64,000 nt of DNA. Origin: an uncultured Acidobacteriota bacterium. Lineage in GTDB: Bacteria > Acidobacteriota > Thermoanaerobaculia > UBA5066 > Gp7-AA6. The notes under the pieces were generated by a model. That model was not told where the DNA came from and did no database searches. It saw only the letters and a list, made by a program, of their open reading frames with translations. A program made the translations under genes and the position numbers. This document shows positions 19,989 to 29,846 of this stretch, in pieces. The stretch lies in assembly GCA_963782585.1 (NCBI GenBank), contig CAWAKL010000003.1:259735-323734 (forward strand), given 5' to 3'. Numbering within the stretch: the stretch's first letter is position 1; every line of letters starts with the position of its first letter.

Positions 19989-20106
19989 CACGCGCACGGG
20001 CACGAAGAAGGGAAGGACCCGGCAGTCGGTGTGAGCACCCCGCGCAGCCGGCGCGCTCGGCCCGGCGCCCTGGTGGCACTCGCGGCGTAGAATCGCGCCA
20101 GATCCT

Positions 20107-22725
20107 GTGAAGCTTTCGGCCGGTACGCGTTTCGGCCCATACGAGATCCTCGGCGCACTCGGTGCCGGCGGTATGGGGGAAGTGTATCGGGCTCGGGACA
20201 CGAAGCTTTCGCGCGAGGTGGCGATCAAGGTGCTCCGGGCGGAGTTGTCAGGCGACGCGCATCGCCTGGAAAGGTTCGAGAAAGAGGCAAGAACGGCCTC
20301 GGCCCTGAACCACCCGAACATCGTCACGATCTACGAGATCGGCCGGACGGACGAGACGTCGTTCATCGCGATGGAGCTCGTCGAAGGGAAGACGTTGCGT
20401 CAGCTGCTGGACTGGCGGGTGTTGCCTCTCAAGAAACTCGTCGCACTTGCCGGCCAGATCGCGGACGGGCTTTCCAAGGCCCATGCTGCCGGGATCGTGC
20501 ATCGGGACTTGAAGCCCGAGAACCTCATGGTCAAGCGGGACGGGTTGGTGAAGATCCTCGACTTCGGCGTGGCCAAGCTCGTCCCGATCGGCTTCGAGGG
20601 CTCCCGCGGCACGGAGCTTCGCACGGAGACGCGGGGAACCGAGGCCGGGACGGTCCTCGGCACGGTCGGGTACATGTCTCCCGAGCAGGCGAGCGGCAAG
20701 CCGGTGGACTTTCGAACCGACCATTTCTCCTTCGGGTCGGTCCTCTATGAGCTGGTGACGGGCCGGCGCGCGTTCCACCGTCCGACCCCCGCGCAGACGC
20801 TCTCGGCGATCATCGAATCCGAGCCCGAGCCGCTGGCCGCTGTCGCTCCCAGGACGCCCGCCAACCTCGTCCGGGTGATTGAGCGTTGCCTCTCGAAGGA
20901 TCCCGAGGATCGCTACGGGTCGACCAAAGACCTGGCACGTGATCTGGCCACGATGCTCGATCAAACCTCGGAGATCACCGTTTCAGGCGTCGAGCGCCCC
21001 GTCGCGCGCCGGGTGCGGATGTCGCATGCCGCGCTGGCCGCATCGGCGGCAGTGCTCGCCGCGGCCGCGCTCGCGTTCTTCACGGGCCAAAACCTGCAGG
21101 CCCGGCGCGAGCGCGAAGCGCCTGCGCGCCCGCGCAGTGCCCTCACGTTCCGCCGTGGCTTCTTGACGGGCGCGCGGTTTGCTCCCGACGGCCAGACGAT
21201 CGTCTACTCCGCCGCGTGGGACGGGAAGCCCAGCGAGATCTTCACGACGCGCGTGGGCTCGACCGAGTCGCGGGCTCTCGGGATCTTCCCGGCGGGGATC
21301 TTGGCGGTGTCATCGACGGGCGAGATGGCCATTTCGCTCGGCTGTGAGAACCGCTGGGACCCGTGCTTCGGAACGCTCGCCCACGCGCCGCTCGCCGGCG
21401 GAGCACCGCGAGAAATCCTCGAGAACGTCAGCTCGGCCGACTGGTCGCCGGACGGCACGGAGCTCGCCGTGATCCACGTCGTGGAGGGGCGCGACCGCCT
21501 CGAGTACCCCATCGGAAAAGTGCTCTACGAGGCCGAGGGCCTCCTGAGCTCCGTTCGGGTGTCGCCCGCGGGCGATCTCGTCGCCTTTCTCGACCATCCC
21601 AGCCGGGACAGCGGGCGATCCGCCGTCACCGTCGTGGATCGGGCCGGAAAGAAGAGTGTGTTGACGAGCGAGTGGGCCAATGCCCGGCCGATCCTGTGGA
21701 GCCCGAACGGGAAGGAAGTCTTCTTCACCCGCTGGGACGGGCGCGAAGTCTGGGCGGCCGGTCTGTCGGGCGGGGTTCGGCGCGCGGCAGGGATTTACGG
21801 AATGGATGACGTCTCGAGGGAAGGGCTCTTTCTCGACGCCAATGCTCTCGACAGCCTCCGGCGGATCATCCTCGCCGCCGTTCCGGGCAGTCTCAAGGAG
21901 CGAAACCTCTCCTGGCTCCTGGACTCCACGGCCGCGGACCTCTCCGGCGACGGGCGACAGCTTCTCTTCTATGAGTACAGCAACGACCCCGGAAGGCAGG
22001 GCGAGGAAGTCTTCACCACCTACTTGCGGAAGACGGACGGCTCGGACGCCAAGATGCTGGGAAAGGGCAAGGCGCTCGCCCTCTCACCCGACGAGAAGTG
22101 GGCGCTCGTGGCGCGCCACTCTCCCGACCCGCGTCTCGTTCTTCTTCCCACGGGCGCCGGCGAGCCGCGGCCCCTTCCGGGCGGCGGAATCCTGCATCAC
22201 CACTGGGCAGTGTTCTTTCCGGACGGGCGCCGGATCCTGTTCGCCGCGGAGGAGAAGGACATGGCCCCGCGTTCCTACATCCAGGATCTCGACGGAGGTC
22301 CTCCCAAACCCTTCGCCGAAGAGGGAATGCGCGCAGCGCTCGTTTCACCCGACGGCCGGGAAATCGCCGGCTCGACGCTCGAGGGCCTGCACCTGATCTA
22401 CGCCGCCGACGGCGAGGGCCCGCCGCGATCGATCGACGGAGCCCTAGCGGAGGACTTTCTCGTCCAATGGAGCGCCGACGGCAAGGCCATCTATGTCCGT
22501 GGGGGCGAGGAGCAGCCCCTGACGCTCTACCGCATCGACCTTGCGACGGGGCGGCGAGAGCGCTGGAAGCAGCTCGAGCCGCCCGACCTGACGGGCTTCC
22601 TCGAATACGGGTCCGGTCCGCGCGGGGTCCGCATCACGCCCGACGGTCGGTTCTACGCGTACACCTATTTCGTCCTCTCGTCGCGGCTCACCTTGACGGA
22701 CGTGGGCCGGAACTGGTGGAAGTGA
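20107..22725 (+). CDS. Ser/Thr protein kinase with a TM helix and a periplasmic TolB-like (PD40/WD40-like) beta-propeller
   Basis: GTG start. Hanks motifs are present: [25 protein letters not shown] and GYMSPEQ. The TM is AALAASAAVLAAAALAFF, followed by repeated xSPDG blades ([61 protein letters not shown]). Confidence 0.9.
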   Translation: MKLSAGTRFGPYEILGALGAGGMGEVYRARDTKLSREVAIKVLRAELSGDAHRLERFEKEARTASALNHPNIVTIYEIGRTDETSFIAMELVEGKTLRQLLDWRVLPLKKLVALAGQIADGLSKAHAAGIVHRDLKPENLMVKRDGLVKILDFGVAKLVPIGFEGSRGTELRTETRGTEAGTVLGTVGYMSPEQASGKPVDFRTDHFSFGSVLYELVTGRRAFHRPTPAQTLSAIIESEPEPLAAVAPRTPANLVRVIERCLSKDPEDRYGSTKDLARDLATMLDQTSEITVSGVERPVARRVRMSHAALAASAAVLAAAALAFFTGQNLQARREREAPARPRSALTFRRGFLTGARFAPDGQTIVYSAAWDGKPSEIFTTRVGSTESRALGIFPAGILAVSSTGEMAISLGCENRWDPCFGTLAHAPLAGGAPREILENVSSADWSPDGTELAVIHVVEGRDRLEYPIGKVLYEAEGLLSSVRVSPAGDLVAFLDHPSRDSGRSAVTVVDRAGKKSVLTSEWANARPILWSPNGKEVFFTRWDGREVWAAGLSGGVRRAAGIYGMDDVSREGLFLDANALDSLRRIILAAVPGSLKERNLSWLLDSTAADLSGDGRQLLFYEYSNDPGRQGEEVFTTYLRKTDGSDAKMLGKGKALALSPDEKWALVARHSPDPRLVLLPTGAGEPRPLPGGGILHHHWAVFFPDGRRILFAAEEKDMAPRSYIQDLDGGPPKPFAEEGMRAALVSPDGREIAGSTLEGLHLIYAADGEGPPRSIDGALAEDFLVQWSADGKAIYVRGGEEQPLTLYRIDLATGRRERWKQLEPPDLTGFLEYGSGPRGVRITPDGRFYAYTYFVLSSRLTLTDVGRNWWK

Positions 22726-22740
22726 CGGCGGGTCGTTTCG

Positions 22741-22872
22741 GACATCTGGTCGCGGAGTGCCGACGGCAAGGCGATTTACGTTCGAGGAATCGAGGAACAG
22801 CCCCTGACGCTGTACCGCCTCGAGCTCGCCACGGGGCGCCGGGAGCGCTGGAAGCAGCTTGCGCCCCCCGAG
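22741..22872 (+). pseudogene. Remnant of the C-terminal blade region of a paralogous kinase/propeller gene
   Basis: It translates to SADGKAIYVRGIEEQPLTLYRLELATGRRERWKQLAPPELTD, 36/43 identical to residues near the C-terminus of the upstream kinase (encoded at about 22470-22600). There is no start, and it is truncated at the stop of the VOC gene. Confidence 0.6.
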
Positions 22873-22887
22873 CTGACGGATCGGAAC

Positions 22888-23280
22888 TCAGGCCCGCGGC
22901 CACTCCTGGCCGAACCCGAGGACGTATCCCTCGGGGTCCCGCACGGCGAACTCCTTCATGTCGTACTCGGTCTGGACGACCGGGCCGTAGACGACGTCGG
23001 CGCCTTTCGAGCGCAGCTCGGCGCAGAGCGCCTCGGCGTCATCGACCCAGAAGAATGCGTCCCACGTGCCGCCCTGTTTCTCGTTCGGAACGATCCGCAC
23101 GGGATCGGTCACGAGGCGCAGCATGAGCGGAAGGCCGTCGCGACTGAGGATCGCGAACATCGGCGGGCTTCCGGCGGAATAGTCGACGTGGAAGCCGAGC
23201 ACTCGCTCGTAGTAGCCCGCGACCTTCGCGACGTTGGCGACGGGGAAGTAAGGCGCGCTCCGCAGCAGGCGTGGCGGCAT
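22888..23280 (-). CDS. VOC (glyoxalase/bleomycin resistance/dioxygenase) family protein
   Basis: 130 aa from the ATG at 23280: MPPRLLRSAPYFPVANVAKVAGYYERVLGFHVDY ... [18 protein letters not shown]. Confidence 0.8.
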   Translation of the reverse strand: MPPRLLRSAPYFPVANVAKVAGYYERVLGFHVDYSAGSPPMFAILSRDGLPLMLRLVTDPVRIVPNEKQGGTWDAFFWVDDAEALCAELRSKGADVVYGPVVQTEYDMKEFAVRDPEGYVLGFGQEWPRA

Positions 23281-23302
23281 GGCCACCTCCCGTCGCGTCA
23301 GC

Positions 23303-24133
23303 CTATGACGCCGGCGCCCGTTTGGCCCAGGCCAGGATGCGGCGGTAAGTAAAGAAGTACGGGTGCTCGTCGGGCACGCGCGCGAAGAGCGCGCTCCGAT
23401 ACTCCTCCAAGAACTTTGCGTAGAGCTCCGGCGAGAGTCTCCGGCGGTACTCCGAGAGAAGGGAGCCGTCGACCCAGGAGACGATGCCTTCGCGGGAGGG
23501 GAGTCGCTGTCCGTAGATCTGGAGGCGAACGTTTTGTTCGGCGTACCCGAGACTGTCCAGGATCGCCGCGTAGGTCTCCGGCGCGAGCACGTGCCGGGAG
23601 TGCGGCGCGCCCGCGAGCGCCGAGCGAAAGGGCTCGCGGGAGGCGATCTCCTCCGCGGTTCGATGCGACGCGTGGTCGAAGTTGTCGGGAATCTGGAAGG
23701 CGAGCTGGCCACCCGGCGCGACCGAACGGGTGAGTCGCTCGAGGAGCGCGGGGTGATCGGGGACCCAGTGCAGCGCGGCGTTCGAGAAGACGAGATCGAA
23801 GGGCTTCGGCGCCGCGAAGCTTCCGATGTCGCCGCGCTCGAAGGCGACGCCGTCGCCCGCGTGGGCCGCGGCCTTCGCGAGCATCGCGTCGGAGGAATCG
23901 ATTCCGACCGTCGAAGCGGCGCCCACCTTCTCGTGCAGGACGCGCGTCAGCGCTCCCGGGCCGCAGCCGAGATCCACCGCGCGGCCGCCGGGAATCGGCG
24001 CGACCAGCGCGAGCAGGTCCTCGAACGGCCGCCGGCGCTCCGCCGCGAAGCGCGCGTAGGCCTCGGGGTTCCAGCCGTCGGCGCTCAGTAGCGGACCTTC
24101 TCGAGAAAGAGGCCCGAGGGCGGCGCCGTCCAC
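23303..24133 (-). CDS. tam: Trans-aconitate 2-methyltransferase-like SAM methyltransferase; start uncertain (GTG 24133, or near 24087)
   Basis: WNPEAYARFAAERRRPFEDLL, VDLGCGPGALT, GIDSSDAML and FSNAALHWVPDH. Only the last ~265 aa of the 687-aa track ORF look real. Confidence 0.8.
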   Translation of the reverse strand: MDGAALGPLSREGPLLSADGWNPEAYARFAAERRRPFEDLLALVAPIPGGRAVDLGCGPGALTRVLHEKVGAASTVGIDSSDAMLAKAAAHAGDGVAFERGDIGSFAAPKPFDLVFSNAALHWVPDHPALLERLTRSVAPGGQLAFQIPDNFDHASHRTAEEIASREPFRSALAGAPHSRHVLAPETYAAILDSLGYAEQNVRLQIYGQRLPSREGIVSWVDGSLLSEYRRRLSPELYAKFLEEYRSALFARVPDEHPYFFTYRRILAWAKRAPAS

Positions 24134-24816
24134 TTCGCGGGCTCGGCCGAACGCTCGGCGAGCAGGCGGGCGACCCGCGACGCGTCGAGCTTGCCGCGTC
24201 CGACCTCGACGAGCGTGCCGGTGAGCCGGCGCACCATCTTCCACAGAAAGTGCGAGGCCGTGATCCGGAAGCGGATCTCGCCGGGAGTGTCTTCGATCTC
24301 GCTCGCCTCCACGACGACGATGGTCGAGTCCTGGCCCTCGGGGTTTTCGCAGAACGAGGCGAAGTCGTGGCGTCCGGCGAACAGCTTCGCCGCCTGGCGC
24401 ATGGCCCCGGCGTCCAGGCGGTCTTTGATCCACCAGACGAGCCGCTTGTCGAAGGCGGTCCGCCGCCGGGAGATTCGATACAGATATGTCCGGGCGGCAG
24501 CGTCGTGGCGCGCGTGGAACTTCGGGGACGCCGGCTCGACCGACAGCACGTTGACGTCGAAGGGGAGCCGGTCGTTCAGGCCTTCGAGGATCTGGCGCGG
24601 CGGCAGGCTCTTGCGGGCTTTCAGGTGGGCGACCTGGGCGATCGCGTGGACTCCGGCATCGGTGCGGCCGGACCCGCCGATCGCGGCGTCTTCCCCGAAG
24701 AGCTCGCGCGCGGCGTGCGCGACCGTCGCCTGGACGGTCTTGTCGACGTTCTTCTGCGTCTGCCAGCCGCGGTAGCGGGTGCCCTCGTACTCGAGCGTCA
24801 GCTTCCAGGTCGGCAC
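24085..24816 (-). CDS. truA: tRNA pseudouridine(38-40) synthase
   Basis: GTG at 24816. WKLTLEYEGTRYRGWQTQ, the catalytic GSGRTDAGVHA, and FHARH...R.Y.Y are present. Confidence 0.9.
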   Translation of the reverse strand: MPTWKLTLEYEGTRYRGWQTQKNVDKTVQATVAHAARELFGEDAAIGGSGRTDAGVHAIAQVAHLKARKSLPPRQILEGLNDRLPFDVNVLSVEPASPKFHARHDAAARTYLYRISRRRTAFDKRLVWWIKDRLDAGAMRQAAKLFAGRHDFASFCENPEGQDSTIVVVEASEIEDTPGEIRFRITASHFLWKMVRRLTGTLVEVGRGKLDASRVARLLAERSAEPAKWTAPPSGLFLEKVRY

Positions 24817-24828
24817 GGGCGGAGTGTA

Positions 24829-25729
24829 ATGTCGAATGCGCGCATGAAGGCCCGCTCGATCCCGCCAGCCGGACCGGACCAGCGCGATACGTTCGTGGAC
24901 GGCGTCCGCTGGCGCTCGCGCGAGGCGCCGGGGAGTGGCAACCCGGTCGTCTACATCCACGGGCATCTGGCCTCATCGGCGAGCTGGAAGGAGGTCCTCG
25001 TCGCGGCCTCGGCCGGCCGTCCCGCGATCGCGGTCGACCTGCCCGGCTTCGGGTATTCGGACCGCCCCTGGCCCTGGGACTACACGGCCGCCGGCGAAGC
25101 GCGGGGGCTCGTGCGATACCTCGAGGTGCGCGGCATTCGGAAGGCCGTGCTCGTCGGCAACTCGCTCGGCGGCGCCGAGGCGATGCTCGTGGCGGCGGAG
25201 CGTCCCGACCTCGTCGAAGCCCTCGTGCTCGTCGCGCCGGCGACTCCGGGCGGACCGATCCCGTGGCCGGCCCGGATCCTCCGCATGCGCGGGCTCGGCG
25301 ACCTCGTGCTCGCGCTCGCGTTCCGACCCTTCGTCGGCTTCGGCCTGCGCCATCGCATGTACGCACGCGCCTCGCGCGTCACCGACGCGGCGATCGACGA
25401 CGCCTGGCGTCCCCTGGGCGTCCCGGGCACACGGCGAGCCGCTCTCCAGGCGATCCGGGTCGATCCGAAGCCCCATCGCGGCCTCGAAGGCCGCGTCCGC
25501 GTTCCGACGCTCGTTCTCTGGGGCGAGCGGGACAGTATGCTGCCGGCCTCCGAAGGCGAGCGACTGGCCTCGAGGATCCAGGGCGCGCGTCTCGTGATCC
25601 TTGCGGATGCGGGGCACCTTGCCGCAGCGCGAGCGGCCGGATACGTTCGCCGCCGCGGTGGCCAGTTTCGTCGCGGAGCTCCCCGCCGGGCCGCTCAGTC
25701 CCCGCAGCGAGCCGCGACGCGCGCCGTAA
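24829..25729 (+). CDS. Alpha/beta-fold hydrolase; frame interrupted by an extra T at 25619-25620
   Basis: VVYIHGHLASSASW, the nucleophile elbow GNSLGG, and GERDSMLP are present. After correction the C-terminus reads ADAGHLPQRERPDTFAAAVASFVAEL and stops at TAA 25727-25729. Confidence 0.8.
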
Positions 25730-26232
25730 TCACCCGCGGATCCGGCGGAGTCTCGCCGAGGCCGAGGGTGTGCAGCATCTCGTGGATGAGGGTGTTCGCC
25801 GAGTAGCCCGGGTGCTTCCACTGCTCGACGAGGAACTGGTTGGCGCACACGTGGACCGCGCGGCTGCCGGTATTGGTCCAGGCGAGGACCGACTTGGCGC
25901 CGCACCCGGCCGTCGGACGGCCGTCGTAGAAAAGAACCAGGGAGAGATACGAGGCCGCCGTGTGATTGAGGTCCGCGAGCTTGAGATCCAGCCGGCGGCC
26001 TTCCTGGTCCTCGAAGTCCGCGAGCACTGCGGCGCAGCGGCTGTCCGAGAGGCGCCGGCGCGCCTCTTCGACGGACGGGCGGAATTCCGCAGGCAGCCGG
26101 CGGTCGATGAAGAAGGAAACGGGCGCGGCGGTGAGGCCGACGGGCGCGACACCGCCGATCTCGGCGGCGGAAACCCGAGGACGTTCCGGCGAAGGCTGCC
26201 GCGAACAGCGCGGCCGGGACCGCCCACCGCAT
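25695..26232 (-). CDS. Small putative secreted zinc metallopeptidase (HExxH); the N-terminal signal peptide lies in another frame (indel near 26170-26190)
   Basis: The C-terminal region is NTLIHEMLHTLGLGETPP with four Cys. The signal-like MRWAVPAALFAAAFAG is read from ATG 26232 in the adjacent frame. Confidence 0.5.
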
Positions 26233-26405
26233 CGCGGCGACCCGTTCCCCGGTCCGCTGACGCATCGCGCCTCGACCGCGGCCGAGAAGGCGATCGCGGG
26301 AATTCGCGCCGCCTCTCTTTCGCTAGGCGACACGTTCGCGCAACAAAACCTTTCGGGTCTTGAGTACGTCCTTTGATTGTGCTGACTTTTTCGTGAGGGT
26401 CGCCG

Positions 26406-27041
26406 ATGCCCATCGATATCGGAGAGTGCCGTTTTGACTCGGTCCGCCGCGAAGTGCGGCGAGGCTCGGAACGCGTCCACCTCTCGCCGAAGGCCTTCGA
26501 GCTGCTCGGCCTCCTCCTCGAGCGGCGGCCGCGCGCGGTGTCCAAGGACGAGCTCATGCTGTTGCTGTGGCCGAAGACCTTCGTGACCGAGGCGAGCCTC
26601 GCTGTTCTCGTCGGGGAGATCCGGCGCGAGCTCAAAGACGACGCGCGCGAGCCCCGATATCTCCGCACCATTCACGGGTTCGGCTACGCGATTTCGGAGG
26701 ACGGGATCGCGAAGGTGGAGGACGACGCCTCCGTGTTCCGGCTGATCTGGGGAGTGCGCGAGGTCGCGCTCGCGGCCGGCGAGAACGTCCTGGGCCGCGA
26801 GCCCGCGGCCGCGGTCTTCGTCGACGATGCGACCGTCTCCCGGCATCACGCCCGCATCGTGGTCGAATCCGGCCGGGCGCAACTCGAGGATCTCGGCAGC
26901 AAGAACGGAACGTGGCTCCGCGGGGATCGCATCGCCGGTCCGCGCCTTCTCGCGGACGGAGATGAGCTTCGCATCGGGTCGGTCCCCATGACTTTCCGAT
27001 GTTTCGGCTCAAATCTGGCGACGGAGACGCGCCGGGACTGA
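26406..27041 (+). CDS. Transcriptional regulator with an OmpR/PhoB-type winged-helix DNA-binding domain fused to a C-terminal FHA domain
   Basis: Trans_reg_C pattern: VHLSPKAFELLGLLLERRPRAVSKDELMLLLWP ... YLRTIHGFGYAI. FHA pattern: NVLGREPAAAVFVDDATVSRHHARIV ... LEDLGSKNGTWLRGDRI ... LADGDELRIGSVPMTF. Confidence 0.8.
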   Translation: MPIDIGECRFDSVRREVRRGSERVHLSPKAFELLGLLLERRPRAVSKDELMLLLWPKTFVTEASLAVLVGEIRRELKDDAREPRYLRTIHGFGYAISEDGIAKVEDDASVFRLIWGVREVALAAGENVLGREPAAAVFVDDATVSRHHARIVVESGRAQLEDLGSKNGTWLRGDRIAGPRLLADGDELRIGSVPMTFRCFGSNLATETRRD

Positions 27042-27158
27042 CTCTCCGTCCTCCGGGAAGCGCCGCCCATCCCCGCGCGGGCAGCCTTCGTCATCTAAGC
27101 GGAACCTTGCCGAAGCCCATGCGTAGTCTTGGTGACGGCTCTGTCCCATTGGAGCCCC

Positions 27159-29753
27159 ATGCAATTCGCCTCGGGAACTCGGCTCGGACAGTACGAGATC
27201 GTGGACCGCCTCGGAGCGGGCGGCATGGGAGAGGTCTACCGCGCCCGCGACACGCGTCTGGGTCGCGACGTTGCCCTCAAGGCCCTCTCCGGCGAGGTCT
27301 CGGCGGATCCGCAGCGCCTCTCCCGCTTCGAGGCCGAGGCGCGCGCGGCCTCGGCCCTGAACCACCCCAACATCGTCACGATCCACGAGGTCGGGCGGGA
27401 AGCCGAGACGCCCTTCATCGTGATGGAGCTCGTCGACGGGCGGACGCTCCGCGACGTTCTCTACTCGGGCGCGCTGCCGCCGCGCCGCGCCGTCGCGCTG
27501 GCGGCGCAGCTGGCCGACGCTCTCGCGCGGGCGCACGAGGCGGGCATCGTGCACCGGGACCTCAAGCCCGAGAACGTCATGGTCACCCGTGACGGCCTGA
27601 CGAAGATCCTCGACTTCGGGCTGGCCAAGATCGAGCAACGCGAAGCGGAGAACGGCGCGGACCGGCGCGACAAGACGGTCACGGAGGAGACGCGCGAGGG
27701 CGCCGTCGTGGGCACCTCGGGTTACATGTCCCCGGAGCAGGCGAGCGGCCAGCCGGTCGATTTCCGTTCGGACCAGTTCGCGTTCGGATCGCTCTTCTAC
27801 GAGATGCTCACCGGGAAGCGCGCCTTCCACGGCCCGTCGCGGGCCGAGACGCTCGCCGCCATCATCCGCGACGAGCCGGAGCCGCTCGCCGCCGTCGCGC
27901 CGCGCGTGCCCGTGGCGCTTCGCTGGATCGTGGATCGCTGCCTCGCGAAGCTTCCCGAGGAGCGGTACGCGTCGACCCGCGATCTTGCGCGCGATCTCCA
28001 GGGCGCGCGGGACCATTTCTCGCAGATCGATGGAGAGGCCTCGCCCCTCATCCCGGCGGGGCAGCGGCGGCGGCGCCTCTGGGTCTCGGCCGGCGTCGCG
28101 CTCGCGGTCGGCGCGCTCGCCGCCGCGGCGTACCTGTTCGGATCGGCGGCGCGGGCGAGGGAGCTGCCGTCCTTCCGGCGGCTGACGTTCCGGGACGGGA
28201 CGTGCTGGACCGCGCGCGTGGCGCCCGACGGCCAGACGATCGTCTATGGCGCCGCCTGGAACGGCGGGCCGATCCAGATCTACTCGACGCGCCCGGAGAT
28301 CCCCGAGTCCGTGCCGCTGCCGCTGCCTCCGGCGAACGTGCTCGCGATATCCCCGGCGGGCGAAATGGCGATCTCGCTCGGCGCGCGGCCGTCCGGCGCG
28401 TTCCTGACCGCCGGCACCCTCGCGCGTTCGACGCTCGCCGGCGGCGGTCCGCGGGAAATCCTCGAGTCGGTCCAGGCCGCCGACTGGGCCGCCGACGGCG
28501 CGAGCCTCGTCGTCCTCCGAACCGTCGCCGGCAAGAGCCGCATCGAGTTCCCGATGGGCAAGACCGTGGTCGAAGTTCCCTCCGGCTACCTGTCGCATCC
28601 CCGCGTCTCGCCGGGAGGCGATCTCGTCGCCTATCTCGAGCACCCGATGCGGGGCGACGATGGCGGCGTGGTGGCGGTCGTCGATCGGAACGGAACGCGC
28701 CGCGTCCTCTCGGCCGGCTGGGTCACGGTGCGCGGCCTCGCCTGGTCGCCCGACGGACGCGAAGTCTGGTTCACGGCCGCCGCGAGCGGCGGTTCCCGCG
28801 CGCTTCACGCCGTGACCCTCGCGGGACGGAGGCGGCTCGTCCTGCGCGCTCCGGGCGCGCTCACCCTCCACGACATCTCTCGGGAGGGCCGCGTGCTTCT
28901 CGCCCGCGAAAGCTCGAAGGAGGGCATCGTCGGACTTCCTCCGGGGTCCGACCGCGAGCGCGACCTGTCCTGGCACGACTGGTCCCGGCCGGTCGACATC
29001 ACGGCCGACGGCACAGCCGTGCTCTTCGATGAGACCGGCGAAGGCGGGGGCTCCGGGTACGCGGTGTACCTGCGCACGACCGACGGCTCCGCCGCCGTGC
29101 GCCTGGGCGATGGCCACGCCCTCGCGCTCTCCCCGGACGGGAAATGGGCGCTCTCGACGCCGCACCGCACCCCGGCCGAGCTCGTGCTGCTGCCGACCGG
29201 GCCGGGGGAGCCGCGGCGTCTCCAGACCGGGCACTTCGCGAACATCCTGCGGGCCGCCTGGACGCCCGGCGGCGACACGCTTCTCATCGGCGCGAACGAG
29301 CCCGGGCGCGGGCCGCGACTGTACGTGCAGTCCGCCCGCGGAGGAGCGGCGCGGGCCTTCACGCCGGAAGGGGTGGGCGCCGCGTGGGCGGTGTCTCCCG
29401 ACGGCGCGTACGTCGCCGCCGCGGATGCGGACCGCCGCGTCATGCTCTACGAAGTCGCCGCCGGGGTGGAACCGCGCGCGATCCAGGGAACGGAGCCCGG
29501 AGACGTCCCGGTGCGCTTCACGCCGGACGGCCGCTCGCTCTTCGTGCTGGTGCGGGGCGACGGCGCGAACGCCGAAATCATGCGCGTCGACCTGACGACG
29601 GGGGACCGGGAGCCGTGGAAGGAGATCGTCCCCGCCGACCCGATCGGCGTCTTCGGAGTGCCGCGCGTCTTTCTTTCCGCCGACGGACGGTCGTACGTCT
29701 ATTCGTTCGTGCGGATGCTCGACGAGCTGTTCCTGGTGGACGGGCTCCGGTAG
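27159..29753 (+). CDS. Ser/Thr protein kinase with a TM helix and a TolB-like beta-propeller, paralog of 20107-22725
   Basis: ATG 27159 is preceded by GGAG. The N-terminus [29 protein letters not shown] aligns with the other kinase. [11 protein letters not shown] and GYMSPEQ are present, with the same TM plus xSPDG blade series. Confidence 0.9.
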   Translation: MQFASGTRLGQYEIVDRLGAGGMGEVYRARDTRLGRDVALKALSGEVSADPQRLSRFEAEARAASALNHPNIVTIHEVGREAETPFIVMELVDGRTLRDVLYSGALPPRRAVALAAQLADALARAHEAGIVHRDLKPENVMVTRDGLTKILDFGLAKIEQREAENGADRRDKTVTEETREGAVVGTSGYMSPEQASGQPVDFRSDQFAFGSLFYEMLTGKRAFHGPSRAETLAAIIRDEPEPLAAVAPRVPVALRWIVDRCLAKLPEERYASTRDLARDLQGARDHFSQIDGEASPLIPAGQRRRRLWVSAGVALAVGALAAAAYLFGSAARARELPSFRRLTFRDGTCWTARVAPDGQTIVYGAAWNGGPIQIYSTRPEIPESVPLPLPPANVLAISPAGEMAISLGARPSGAFLTAGTLARSTLAGGGPREILESVQAADWAADGASLVVLRTVAGKSRIEFPMGKTVVEVPSGYLSHPRVSPGGDLVAYLEHPMRGDDGGVVAVVDRNGTRRVLSAGWVTVRGLAWSPDGREVWFTAAASGGSRALHAVTLAGRRRLVLRAPGALTLHDISREGRVLLARESSKEGIVGLPPGSDRERDLSWHDWSRPVDITADGTAVLFDETGEGGGSGYAVYLRTTDGSAAVRLGDGHALALSPDGKWALSTPHRTPAELVLLPTGPGEPRRLQTGHFANILRAAWTPGGDTLLIGANEPGRGPRLYVQSARGGAARAFTPEGVGAAWAVSPDGAYVAAADADRRVMLYEVAAGVEPRAIQGTEPGDVPVRFTPDGRSLFVLVRGDGANAEIMRVDLTTGDREPWKEIVPADPIGVFGVPRVFLSADGRSYVYSFVRMLDELFLVDGLR

Positions 29754-29846
29754 AGAGGCGAAGACCGCCGCGAGTCGCGGCTCCCGCTTCGAAGGGCCGA
29801 TCGCCGGGAAGAAGCGGCGTTCTCCCGATGTTAAACTCATCTTCCA

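Noticed and set aside
23303-25366. A 687-aa ORF on the minus strand
   Set aside because: Only the C-terminal ~265 aa (the Tam-like methyltransferase) look genuine. The upstream part overlaps truA and the hydrolase gene in shadow frames.
29754-29846. The hairpin gccgcg-agt-cgcggc after the second kinase gene, considered as an intrinsic terminator
   Set aside because: The stem is short, the loop is only 3 nt, and no T-run follows, so the call is not convincing.
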